Positions 24,711 to 33,463 of a stretch of DNA of 61,255 nucleotides are shown piece by piece. This DNA is from Candidatus Moranbacteria bacterium UBA2206 (lineage in GTDB: Bacteria; Patescibacteriota; Minisyncoccia; Moranbacterales; UBA2206). Position numbers and translations under genes: made by a program. Positions within the stretch are counted from its first letter, which is position 1. The number at the start of each line of letters is the position of its first letter. Below the pieces are notes generated by a model. That model ran no database searches and was not told where the DNA came from. It saw only the letters and a list, made by a program, of their open reading frames with translations. Location: contig DCUU01000020.1 in the NCBI GenBank assembly GCA_002328565.1, positions 1-61,255 on the forward strand, given 5' to 3'.

Positions 24711-25778
24711 ATGGAAACAAAAAATACCATTGCGAACCGACAACCAACGCAGGCAGAAATTGAATTGTCAAAAGGGATGGGAACTGTAAACGAGGCAACC
24801 AGGAGACTTATCGAAGCTGGGGGATTCCCAATTTTTCAACGGACAATTGACGATCCAGCATACTTGGATGCACTGATTGATTTTGATCGGAACTATTTTC
24901 CGGCAGTGTTTAGTTATCCGGCGCTTTTGAGATGGTTTCAAGACAACAACCTTGAAAGGTTTCTAGATGGAGGAAGTCTAGAGAAACAAATTAGATGGCA
25001 GTCGGAAGAATTTTACGGTCACGGGAAGTTAAGAGGCTTTTATTTGGGTAAAAGTTTCAGAAGGAGAATTTTTGTTGAAGCTGATCGACTACCAGCCATT
25101 AAGGCTGGGCTTGAATCCGGCTGTATCAATTGGTTTCTTATATTATCATCTTCCGCTGAACTTTATGCAGAAAATTTAATTGAGGCTGAATTCTTTTTCT
25201 TCTGGTTGTTAAGAAGATTTAAGGAGGATGGTTTCCAGATTTGGAATGAATCAGAAACTGAACTTTGGACAAAAATGACACTTGCTGAACTTTTAGCGAG
25301 ATGCAATCCGACTGAGCCGGAAGAATTTGATCCGGTGGCTTTTGAGAATGATTGGGTGTCCGAGGCAAAAAAAATTCTTGGCAAAAAAAAATCTCCACCA
25401 AAAATTAAATCCGGAGTGGTGCGAGGGGTTTTTACCAGTAATTTGCCGGACATTCCAGTGGATCAAAAAATAATTAATAAAAAAGGCGAACTAGTAAAAC
25501 CGAAAGATCATTCTTATATTTCAGCAATCAACTCTGGTGTGCGAGTTTTGTCTCAAGGCGAAGGGATCGTTCTAGCGGCGCAAATGTTCAGTAAAGATAA
25601 AACGTATTTGGCTCCTGGTACCTGGGAATGGAGACGTGATATAATTGATCATCGAGATAAGCATACGGATCCAGATGTTTCGGTTGCCCATGCTGGATCT
25701 GGTGTCGATGGACTTTGTCTGCATTCCTTCCTTGCCGACGACTTCAGCAGTGCTTATCGTTTGCGTCTTGCTCTTTAA
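24711..25778 (+). CDS. Hypothetical protein (355 aa), orphan; visibly more GC-rich than its neighbours
   Basis: Strong RBS gaaagggagg before the ATG and its own terminator. No family recognised. Confidence 0.6.
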   Translation: METKNTIANRQPTQAEIELSKGMGTVNEATRRLIEAGGFPIFQRTIDDPAYLDALIDFDRNYFPAVFSYPALLRWFQDNNLERFLDGGSLEKQIRWQSEEFYGHGKLRGFYLGKSFRRRIFVEADRLPAIKAGLESGCINWFLILSSSAELYAENLIEAEFFFFWLLRRFKEDGFQIWNESETELWTKMTLAELLARCNPTEPEEFDPVAFENDWVSEAKKILGKKKSPPKIKSGVVRGVFTSNLPDIPVDQKIINKKGELVKPKDHSYISAINSGVRVLSQGEGIVLAAQMFSKDKTYLAPGTWEWRRDIIDHRDKHTDPDVSVAHAGSGVDGLCLHSFLADDFSSAYRLRLAL

Positions 25779-25813
25779 TTTTTTGCAAAGCAAATTTTAA
25801 ATTAACATATTTA

Positions 25814-25848
25814 CCCCCCCCACAATGGAAACATTGTGGGGCTTTTTT
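25814..25848 (+). terminator. Intrinsic terminator
   Basis: ccccacaatg gaaa cattgtgggg followed by tttttt. Confidence 0.85.
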
Positions 25849-25998
25849 ATAATAAAAAATAATTAGATTAAAATTTTTAACAAAAATACTTTTTTGTGGT
25901 ATAATAATTTCATGAAACATGTAACATAAAACATGAAGCAAATAATTAAAATTTAAAATAAAAAATTCACCTTATGTAATAAATTTTGATTACAAAAT

Positions 25999-26018
25999 TA
26001 TCTCGACAAGTCGAGATA
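25999..26018. promoter_or_regulatory. Perfect 9+9 palindrome just upstream of ppsA (candidate operator)
   Basis: tatctcgac aa gtcgagata, ending 23 nt before the ppsA ATG. Confidence 0.4.
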
Positions 26019-26041
26019 TTACATAGGGTAAAAATAAAAAA

Positions 26042-28504
26042 ATGTTAAAAAGAAAAAAACAAATCAAGAAAAATAAAAAAGATGCATTCGTGTTGTGGTT
26101 TTCGGAACTCGGGATTGGGGACATTGAATTTGGCGGAGGAAAAAATGCGTCGCTTGGGGAAATGTATTCTAATTTGAAAGGCAAGGGGATAAAAGTGCCA
26201 AATGGTTTTGCAATTACTTCTAAGGCTTATCGCTATTTTATCTCAGAAAATAATCTGGATGGAAAAATCAAAAAAATTCTGAGAGGTTTGGACACTGGTA
26301 GTATGGTGAATTTGGCCAAACGGGGACATCAAATTCGCGAGCTGATTCTTTCCGCCCAATTTCCAGAAGATCTCAGAAATGAAATTGTGGAAAATTATGC
26401 CAAATTGTCCAAAGAATATGCAAGGCACAAAGATTTTCGCATTACTTGGGACAAAGATGATCATACTAATCATTTTGCGGGTGGAGTGGACGTAGCAGTG
26501 AGATCTAGCGCCACAGCAGAAGATTTAGTGGACGCATCTTTTGCTGGTCAGCAGGAATCATATTTGAACATCGTTGGGGAATATAATCTTTTGGAATCAG
26601 TCAAAAAATGTTTCGCTTCACTTTTCACTGATCGCGCAATTTCATATCGCGTTGACAAAAAATTTGATCATTTCGCCATTGCTCTTTCGGTGGGTGTGCA
26701 AAAAATGATCAGATCAGATGAAGCAGTGAGTGGCGTGATGTTTACCATTGACACTGAATCGGGTTTTCAAGACGCGGTAGTGATAAATGGATCTTGGGGG
26801 CTGGGGGAAAATATTGTCAAAGGTAAGGTGACGCCAGATGAATTTATCGTGCATAAACCAACATTAAAAGATGGTTTCAAATCAATTATTGGCAAGAAAA
26901 TGGGAAGCAAGGAAAATAAATTGATCTATAGTGTTGGTGGAAATTCTTCCACGCAAAATGTTTCTGTCCCAATGGAAGATCGCAAAAAATTTGCCCTCAC
27001 TGACGAAGAAGTTTTGCAACTCGCCGTTTGGGGAACAAAAATTGAAGAGCATTACAAAAAACCGATGGATATCGAGTGGGCCAAAGATGGCCGAAACAAT
27101 GAACTCTACATCGTTCAGGCTCGGCCAGAAACAGTGGAATCGCAAAAAGACAAAAACTTTTTAGAAGAATATATTTTGCGCCAGAAAGGAAAATTACTTT
27201 GTCAGGGTTCAGCGGTGGGTGGAAAAATCGGGCAAGGTCAAGCTAATGTGATAAAAAATGTGGCAAAAATTGCCCAGTTCAAAAAAGGTCAAGTGCTTGT
27301 CACTGAAATGACTGATCCAGATTGGGAACCAATTATGAAAATTGCCAGTGCTATTGTCACAAATTCCGGTGGCAGAACTAGTCACGCGGCCATTGTGAGT
27401 CGAGAACTTGGAATCCCGTGTATTGTGGGAGTGGGAAATGCGACGCATGCTATAAAAGACGGACAAAATATCACAGCTAGTTGCGCCGAAGGGGAGGAAG
27501 GAAAGATTTATGATGGAATGCTAAAATATGAAATCAAACGAACCAATCTTAAGCATCTTCGTAAAACTAAAACAAAAATTATGATGAATGTTGGTAATCC
27601 CGACCAAGCTTTTGATCTTTCTTTTATTCCCAACGACGGCGTGGGACTGGCAAGAGAAGAATTTATCATCACAGAGTACATCAAAATTCATCCGATGGCT
27701 CTCCGGCATTTTGAAAAAATCAAAGACAAAGACGAAAGAAGGAAAATTGAAGAAATTACTCAAGGTTATCCAAATAAGGAAGAATTTTTTGTGGATAAAT
27801 TAGCTGAAGGCATCGGTCGAATTGGCGCCGCTTTTTTTCCAAAAGATGTGATTGTTCGAATGTCAGATTTCAAAACAAACGAATATTCCACACTGATTGG
27901 TGGGAAAAATTTCGAGCCAGCCGAAGAAAATCCTATGATTGGTTGGCGTGGAGCTTCGCGCTATTATGACGCTGATTATGTGGATGGTTTTGCCTTAGAA
28001 TGTCGCGCTTTCAAAAAAGTGCGAGAAACGATGGGGCTTACGAACGTCAAGATTATGATTCCTTTTTGTCGAACAATTGAAGAAGGAAAAAAAGTTTTAG
28101 CCCAAATGAAAAAACATGGGCTAGAACGAGGAAAGAAAGGTTTAGAAGTTTATGTGATGTGTGAAATTCCATCTAATGTTATCTTGGCGCACGAATTTGC
28201 CAAAATTTTTGATGGCTTTTCAATTGGTTCTAATGACCTTACTCAACTTACACTGGGAGTAGATCGAGACAGCGCTAAGGTGGCGCATGTGTATGACGAA
28301 AGAAATGAAGCTGTCAAAGAGCTTATCCGTCAAGTGATTAGAAAGGCGCATATTGCCAAAAGAAAAGTTGGAATTTGCGGACAAGCGCCATCGGATTTTC
28401 TGGATTTTGCCAAATTCCTCGTGGAAGAAGGCATTGATTCAATTTCTCTTAATCCCGACACAGTGATCAAAACTACCATTGAAATTGGGAAGATGGAAAA
28501 ATAA
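26042..28504 (+). CDS. ppsA: Phosphoenolpyruvate synthase (pyruvate, water dikinase)
   Basis: GGKNASLGEM, RSSATAEDL, phospho-histidine motif GGRTSHAAIVSRELGIPC and the C-terminal PEP-utilising domain (GSNDLTQL). Confidence 0.96.
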   Translation: MLKRKKQIKKNKKDAFVLWFSELGIGDIEFGGGKNASLGEMYSNLKGKGIKVPNGFAITSKAYRYFISENNLDGKIKKILRGLDTGSMVNLAKRGHQIRELILSAQFPEDLRNEIVENYAKLSKEYARHKDFRITWDKDDHTNHFAGGVDVAVRSSATAEDLVDASFAGQQESYLNIVGEYNLLESVKKCFASLFTDRAISYRVDKKFDHFAIALSVGVQKMIRSDEAVSGVMFTIDTESGFQDAVVINGSWGLGENIVKGKVTPDEFIVHKPTLKDGFKSIIGKKMGSKENKLIYSVGGNSSTQNVSVPMEDRKKFALTDEEVLQLAVWGTKIEEHYKKPMDIEWAKDGRNNELYIVQARPETVESQKDKNFLEEYILRQKGKLLCQGSAVGGKIGQGQANVIKNVAKIAQFKKGQVLVTEMTDPDWEPIMKIASAIVTNSGGRTSHAAIVSRELGIPCIVGVGNATHAIKDGQNITASCAEGEEGKIYDGMLKYEIKRTNLKHLRKTKTKIMMNVGNPDQAFDLSFIPNDGVGLAREEFIITEYIKIHPMALRHFEKIKDKDERRKIEEITQGYPNKEEFFVDKLAEGIGRIGAAFFPKDVIVRMSDFKTNEYSTLIGGKNFEPAEENPMIGWRGASRYYDADYVDGFALECRAFKKVRETMGLTNVKIMIPFCRTIEEGKKVLAQMKKHGLERGKKGLEVYVMCEIPSNVILAHEFAKIFDGFSIGSNDLTQLTLGVDRDSAKVAHVYDERNEAVKELIRQVIRKAHIAKRKVGICGQAPSDFLDFAKFLVEEGIDSISLNPDTVIKTTIEIGKMEK

Positions 28505-28621
28505 AACTTACAATTTAGTAAAGAAATATCACATTGGCGTATAGGTGGTATTTTTTTATACACAAGATTGGTGGTATGGCTTAGTTGCATATTGAAAATA
28601 TTGTGATATAATATAAATAAT

Positions 28622-29665
28622 ATGACTAGAATAAAATTTAAAAAAGGATTGCAATCTAAATTTTTGAGTAGTTGTTTTGATCGGAGTGGATTAAGCTGGA
28701 TTGAAATTGCAAAAAAAATAGAAATTTCCCAAAGAACATTATTAGATTGGAGACGAGAAAAATATACTATATCCCAAAAAGCATTGGAAAAATTAGTTAA
28801 ATTAGCTGGAAAATCTTTAAAAATTCCACAATATACAGCACTTCCTGATTATTGGAGTATTGAAAAAGCTGCTAAAATTGGTGGTAAAGTTACGGCTGAA
28901 AAATATGGTGGTCCTGGCACTCCAGAGGGGAGGAAAAAAGGAGGAGAAATTTCTCAAAAAAAACGCAAATTATTTCCAGAATTATATTCGAATTGTAATT
29001 TACGTAAAATTATTTCTATTCCTCGAAAATCTTCTGCTCTAGCCGAATTTATTGGTATATTTTTAGGGGATGGTGGGTTTAGTAATGATTTTCAGATTGC
29101 CATTTCTTTTAACAGAATAAATGGACAAAATTATTATGAAAAAGTTGAAAAGTTGATTGAAAATCTTTTTGGAATCAAATCAGTGGTATATAAATTGTCC
29201 TCTCCTGTGAGTAAAAATGTCATAAGATTGGTGGTATCTTCAGTTGAGCTAGTTGAATTTTTAGAAAAAAATAAAATAAAGAAAGGGAATAAAGTTAGGA
29301 ATCAAGTTGATGTTTCTAATTGGATCAAAAAAAATGCAAAATATTCCAAAGACTGCTTGAGAGGATTGATTGACACAGATGGCGGAGTCTATTACCATCA
29401 ACATAGTAATGGCAAATGGGAATCTTTTAATATAGGATTATGTTTTACGAATAAGTCAAAGCCATTATTGGCTTTTGTAGAGAAAGTATTAATTTCTGAA
29501 GGGTTTCATCCTAAAAGAAGCTGGAGTGGTGATAATATTTTTCTCCATAGAGAAGCGGAGGTTTTACAATATGAAAGAAAAATAGGTTTTACTAATGTAC
29601 ATCAGAAAAAGAGATTATTAGAATATTTAAAACTCAAAAAAAGGAAGGGTGCAAGAGTGGTTTAA
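28622..29665 (+). CDS. Free-standing double-motif LAGLIDADG homing endonuclease with an N-terminal HTH-like region
   Basis: Two LAGLIDADG motifs: FIGIFLGDGGF and LRGLIDTDGGVY. The N-terminus (SWIEIAKKIEISQRTLLDWRR) looks like an HTH. Confidence 0.8.
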   Translation: MTRIKFKKGLQSKFLSSCFDRSGLSWIEIAKKIEISQRTLLDWRREKYTISQKALEKLVKLAGKSLKIPQYTALPDYWSIEKAAKIGGKVTAEKYGGPGTPEGRKKGGEISQKKRKLFPELYSNCNLRKIISIPRKSSALAEFIGIFLGDGGFSNDFQIAISFNRINGQNYYEKVEKLIENLFGIKSVVYKLSSPVSKNVIRLVVSSVELVEFLEKNKIKKGNKVRNQVDVSNWIKKNAKYSKDCLRGLIDTDGGVYYHQHSNGKWESFNIGLCFTNKSKPLLAFVEKVLISEGFHPKRSWSGDNIFLHREAEVLQYERKIGFTNVHQKKRLLEYLKLKKRKGARVV

Positions 29666-29730
29666 TTGGCACGCTTGGAAAGCGTGTGTGGGGCAACTCA
29701 CCGAGGGTTCGAATCCCTCCTCTTCCGCCA
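29643..29730 (+). tRNA. tRNA-Ser (anticodon GGA), encoded CCA
   Basis: Hand-folded. Acceptor ggaaggg/ctcttcc with one G-U pair, anticodon stem cacgc/gcgtg, loop ttGGAaa, long variable arm, T-arm gaggg-ttcgaat-ccctc, then gCCA. Confidence 0.85.
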
Positions 29731-29735
29731 ATAAT

Positions 29736-29764
29736 AACCTGCCGATTTAGCAGGTTTTATTTTA
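29736..29764 (+). terminator. Intrinsic terminator after tRNA-Ser
   Basis: acctgc cgattta gcaggt followed by ttt. Confidence 0.7.
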
Positions 29765-29835
29765 CGGAAAAATTAATAATTGACAGTTTCAGGGGATGTG
29801 GTAGAATAATGATATAATATCACTAGAATAAAAAT

Positions 29836-30876
29836 ATGAAAAAAAATAATTCAACATTGGAAAAATTTAATAACTTTGTTATTTTTCAAACAAAAAATGG
29901 TAAAGTGAATATCGATGTTTTTTTTAGAGATGACACTCTTTGGCTTACTCAAAAGAAAATGGGGGAGCTATTTGAAGTTAATATCCCCGCAATTTCAAAA
30001 CATCTTAAAAATATTTTTGAAATTGGAGAATTAGATGAAAAAGTGGTTGTTTCCATTTTGGAACATACCACTCAGCATGGTGCGATAGAAGGGAAAACTC
30101 AAATTAAATCCGTTAAATATTATAATCTTAAAGCAATCACTGCGGTTGGGTATCGAGTGAATTCTCACAGGGCAATGGAATTTCGAAAATGGGCGACGGA
30201 AATTTTACACGAATACATCATCAAGGGTTTTGCGATGGATGATGAAAGGCTTAAGCAAATAAAACATTTTGGGCAAGATTATTTTGATGAGGCACTTGAG
30301 AGAATCCGCGAAATCCGCTTGAGTGAAAGAAGATTTTATCAAAAAGTTACTGATATTTATGCATTATCTGCTGATTATGATCCGAACGATTCGCTAACTA
30401 AAGATTTTTTTGCAACTGTTCAAAATAAGCTCCATTGGGCAATCACTGGTAAAACGGCTGCAGAGATTATCTATACCGAAGTTGACGCAAAAAAAGTGTA
30501 TATGGGGTTGAAAACTTGGAAACAAGCGCCAAAAGGTAAAATTTCAAAATTAGATGTTGCGATTGCAAAAAATTATCTTAATCAAGATTACCTAGAACAA
30601 CTAGAAAGAATTGTATCTGCTTATTTGGATTTAGCTGAAAACAGGGCGCGAAGACATATTGTGATGAATATGAAAGACTGGATTAGCTTTTTAGATAAAT
30701 TTTTAGCTGTTTCGGATTATTGCATCCTTACAAATGCGGGAAAAATTACAGCGTTGGAAGCAAAAATAAAAGCCGAGTCAGAATATGAAAAATATCGTGT
30801 GGAGCAAGATAAAAATTATATTTCTGATTTTGATCGAGAAGTGAAAAAGCTTTTAGAAACAAAAAAGAAAAAATAA
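29836..30876 (+). CDS. rhuM: RhuM-family protein
   Basis: TLWLTQKKMGELFEVNIPAISKHLKNIF...KYYNLKAITAVGYRVNSHRAMEFRKWATEIL...DERLK is the characteristic RhuM block. Confidence 0.85.
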   Translation: MKKNNSTLEKFNNFVIFQTKNGKVNIDVFFRDDTLWLTQKKMGELFEVNIPAISKHLKNIFEIGELDEKVVVSILEHTTQHGAIEGKTQIKSVKYYNLKAITAVGYRVNSHRAMEFRKWATEILHEYIIKGFAMDDERLKQIKHFGQDYFDEALERIREIRLSERRFYQKVTDIYALSADYDPNDSLTKDFFATVQNKLHWAITGKTAAEIIYTEVDAKKVYMGLKTWKQAPKGKISKLDVAIAKNYLNQDYLEQLERIVSAYLDLAENRARRHIVMNMKDWISFLDKFLAVSDYCILTNAGKITALEAKIKAESEYEKYRVEQDKNYISDFDREVKKLLETKKKK

Positions 30877-30996
30877 TTTCAAAAAATTAAAATTAGATTT
30901 GTATATATTTTAATAAGCACTGGGTGAAAAACTAAACAACATAATTAGAATAGGCTGTGTCTTATCACAAGATACAAATCTTATTTAACAGGGTAA

Positions 30997-31764
30997 ATGA
31001 AAATAATAAGTACAGATAATGAAAAGATTAAATTTTTAAAGAAGCTTGGAGATAAAAAGGTTCGTGATGTCTCGGGGCAGTTTTTGGTGGAAAATTTAAT
31101 CATCATTCATGATGCAATGCGAGCTGGATTTATGCCGGTGCAAATTTTTGTCACAGAAGATCTGCTAAATAAAGCTGATGAAAAAATAAATTTCATAGTT
31201 GAAAAATTTCCTGAGCATTTTGTGATGAATGAAAAAGTTAATAAATATTTTTCTTCGCTAACCACCCCATCAGGAATCTGCGCAATTTTTGACAAGCAAG
31301 AAAAAGAGATAAATTTGAAGGAAAAAATAATTTATCTAAATGCTATAGCTGACCCAGGGAATCTGGGTACAATTTTGCGAACAGCCATCGCGTTTGACCT
31401 TAAAAATATTATCATCGATGAAAAATGTGCCGATGTTTTCAACGCTAAAACAATTAGCGCGGCCAAAGATGCTATTTTTAAATTAAATATTTCCAAAGAT
31501 GAAAATTTGAAAATATTTAGAGAAATCAAAAAAGTTATGCCGGTTTTTGTCACTAGTTTAGAAGGCGAAGTCATAAACAGTAAGATTTTTCAAGAAGAAA
31601 AGTTTTGTCTGGTTTTGGGAAATGAAGCGAATGGAGTAGAGGAAAAAATAATAAAATTGTCGGATAAAAAAATGAAGATTTCACAGTCTCGTGAAATTGA
31701 ATCATTGAATGTGGCAGTGGCAGCGGGAATATTATTTGAAAAAATATATAATGAAAGTTTCTAA
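30997..31764 (+). CDS. TrmH/SpoU-family RNA 2'-O-methyltransferase
   Basis: DPGNLGTILRTAIAF, LVLGNEANGV and SLNVAVAAGILF are SpoU motifs 1-3. Confidence 0.85.
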   Translation: MKIISTDNEKIKFLKKLGDKKVRDVSGQFLVENLIIIHDAMRAGFMPVQIFVTEDLLNKADEKINFIVEKFPEHFVMNEKVNKYFSSLTTPSGICAIFDKQEKEINLKEKIIYLNAIADPGNLGTILRTAIAFDLKNIIIDEKCADVFNAKTISAAKDAIFKLNISKDENLKIFREIKKVMPVFVTSLEGEVINSKIFQEEKFCLVLGNEANGVEEKIIKLSDKKMKISQSREIESLNVAVAAGILFEKIYNESF

Positions 31765-32128
31765 ACAACAATTTGAATCTTGGGTGGCGGAGGCCATTGA
31801 CAGTGTGCCGGAAAAATTTCGCGAGAAAATAAACAACCTAGCTTTTTTTGTGGAGGATTATCCAACACAGGAACAATTGCGCAAAGCTAAACTGGATGAC
31901 AAAAAAGACACTTTGCTTTTGGGGCTATATGAAGGCTATCATCAAGCGAAGAGAATTAATGTTGGACCGGTTTTTCCGGACAAAATTACGATTTTCAAAA
32001 ATGCGATAGAGAGTTTGTGTCAAACAGAAAAAGATTTGCAAAAGCAAATCTCAGAAACTGTTTGGCATGAAATTGCTCATCACTTTGGTTCGGATGAGAC
32101 GGGGGCGCGAAAAGCCAGTAAGAGATAG
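31751..32128 (+). CDS. DUF1025-family putative zinc metallopeptidase
   Basis: The C-terminal HEIAHHFG motif and length fit. The ATG at 31751 (MKVSKQQ) is preferred over 31709. Confidence 0.65.
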   Translation: MKVSKQQFESWVAEAIDSVPEKFREKINNLAFFVEDYPTQEQLRKAKLDDKKDTLLLGLYEGYHQAKRINVGPVFPDKITIFKNAIESLCQTEKDLQKQISETVWHEIAHHFGSDETGARKASKR

Positions 32129-32135
32129 CCAATTT

Positions 32136-32738
32136 TCAAATTTTTACTTTTTCTCCCCCTTGGCGTAAAATTTTAACTTTCCCATCTTTGATTTCAATTA
32201 ATGTTGAAGGTAAGGATTTTTGGAGACCTTCATCTATATAGCAATCGACAGAATTGCTAAAATATTCTCTAGCTTTGGTAATTGTTTTAGCGGAATGTTT
32301 TCCTTCGGGATTGGCGCTGGTAGAAACAAGTGGCCCAGTAATTTTGAGTAAATTTTTTAAATCAGTTTTGGCAGGTAAGCGAAAAGCTAGCGAATCATTT
32401 CCTCGATGTAAATAGTGAAACCTTCTATTTAAACAGGGCAAAACAACACTCACTTTTCCTGGCCAGACCGTTTCTAGGATTTTTTTGGTATATTTGTCAA
32501 TTTTAATTTCAAATAAAGATAAATCAGAAATTACAGATAAGAGTATAATAAGGGGTTTTTCCGGATTTCTCTTTTTTATTTGATAAATTCTTTCTATGCT
32601 TTTTGGCAAAAAAGCGCTAGTTGTCAATCCATAAATTGTGTCAGTTGGAATGACAGTAATTTCACCATTTTTCAATTTTTTTGCCAGAACGCTAGAGTGT
32701 ATTTTCATATTATCTAAAGTATTGCTCATTATAATCAA
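32136..32738 (-). CDS. tsaC: L-threonylcarbamoyladenylate synthase (TsaC/YrdC type)
   Basis: VIPTDTIYGL, ...KPLIILL..., and LRLP followed by GPLVSTSANPEGK. Confidence 0.88.
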   Translation of the reverse strand: MIIMSNTLDNMKIHSSVLAKKLKNGEITVIPTDTIYGLTTSAFLPKSIERIYQIKKRNPEKPLIILLSVISDLSLFEIKIDKYTKKILETVWPGKVSVVLPCLNRRFHYLHRGNDSLAFRLPAKTDLKNLLKITGPLVSTSANPEGKHSAKTITKAREYFSNSVDCYIDEGLQKSLPSTLIEIKDGKVKILRQGGEKVKI

Positions 32739-32848
32739 TTATACAAGGTCTAGAAGCAGTGTTTTGAAGGAACAGTCTCCCGAGAGAGAGGCTGTTTTTG
32801 ATTTTTGGTTAAATATAAAACAGTAGGGCTTGGGCTGTAATTAAAAAT

Positions 32849-32877
32849 TTGACAAAAATTAGTATCTGGAGTAGACT
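32849..32877 (+). promoter_or_regulatory. Sigma70-type promoter of the type I R-M operon; the ATG lies 6 nt after the -10 box (possible leaderless start)
   Basis: TTGACA (32849-32854), 17 nt, TAGACT (32872-32877), then gatttt and ATG at 32884. Confidence 0.55.
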
Positions 32878-32883
32878 GATTTT

Positions 32884-33459
32884 ATGAAAGATAAAAAAGA
32901 TCTAGAAGATATTGCGGAAGTGATTGCGGGCTACTCCTTCCGGACTGCTCTACGGAGTAAAGAAAATGCCTCATGTTTTGCACTTCAGGCGAAAAATATT
33001 TTGGAAAATTCGACTGTGGATGAAGAGAATTTGGACGGAATAGATTTTGAAAATTATCGCTCAAAAGCAATTGTGAAAAAAGGAGATGTAGTTATTTCTT
33101 CGCGTGGGAGTTTTCGCGCGGGATCAGTGAGTTTGGAATTAAAAAATATAGTCGCTACATCATCTGTTTATATTTTAAAAATAAAAAATGAAAATGTTCT
33201 ACCGGAATATCTGGCAATTTATCTAAACTCAATCGAAGGACAAAAGAAACTCAATGAAAGAGCGACTGGGGCGGTCATTAAATCGATTCGTAGAAATGAT
33301 TTGGAAAATATGTCAATCGTTCTGCCTAGCATAGAAACGCAAAATAAAATAATAGAAATATATAATACCGACAAAGAATTACAAAAATCCTTAAATAAAA
33401 AAATTAATTTGGTAAAAGACATCAATGAGATTGCTATAAATAAATTATTAAACAAATAA
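32884..33459 (+). CDS. hsdS: Type I R-M specificity subunit, half-size (single TRD plus conserved helix)
   Basis: 191 aa. KKGDVVISSRGSF, EYLAIYLNS, and LPSIETQNKII followed by a coiled-coil tail, as in HsdS half-modules. Confidence 0.75.
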   Translation: MKDKKDLEDIAEVIAGYSFRTALRSKENASCFALQAKNILENSTVDEENLDGIDFENYRSKAIVKKGDVVISSRGSFRAGSVSLELKNIVATSSVYILKIKNENVLPEYLAIYLNSIEGQKKLNERATGAVIKSIRRNDLENMSIVLPSIETQNKIIEIYNTDKELQKSLNKKINLVKDINEIAINKLLNK

Positions 33460-33463
33460 AATT

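Noticed and set aside
29643-29730. Alternative identities for the long-variable-arm tRNA (Leu, Tyr or Sec).
   Set aside because: The 7-nt anticodon loop ttGGAaa between the cacgc/gcgtg stem gives anticodon GGA (Ser). The acceptor and D-arm proportions fit a class II Ser tRNA, not tRNA-Sec.
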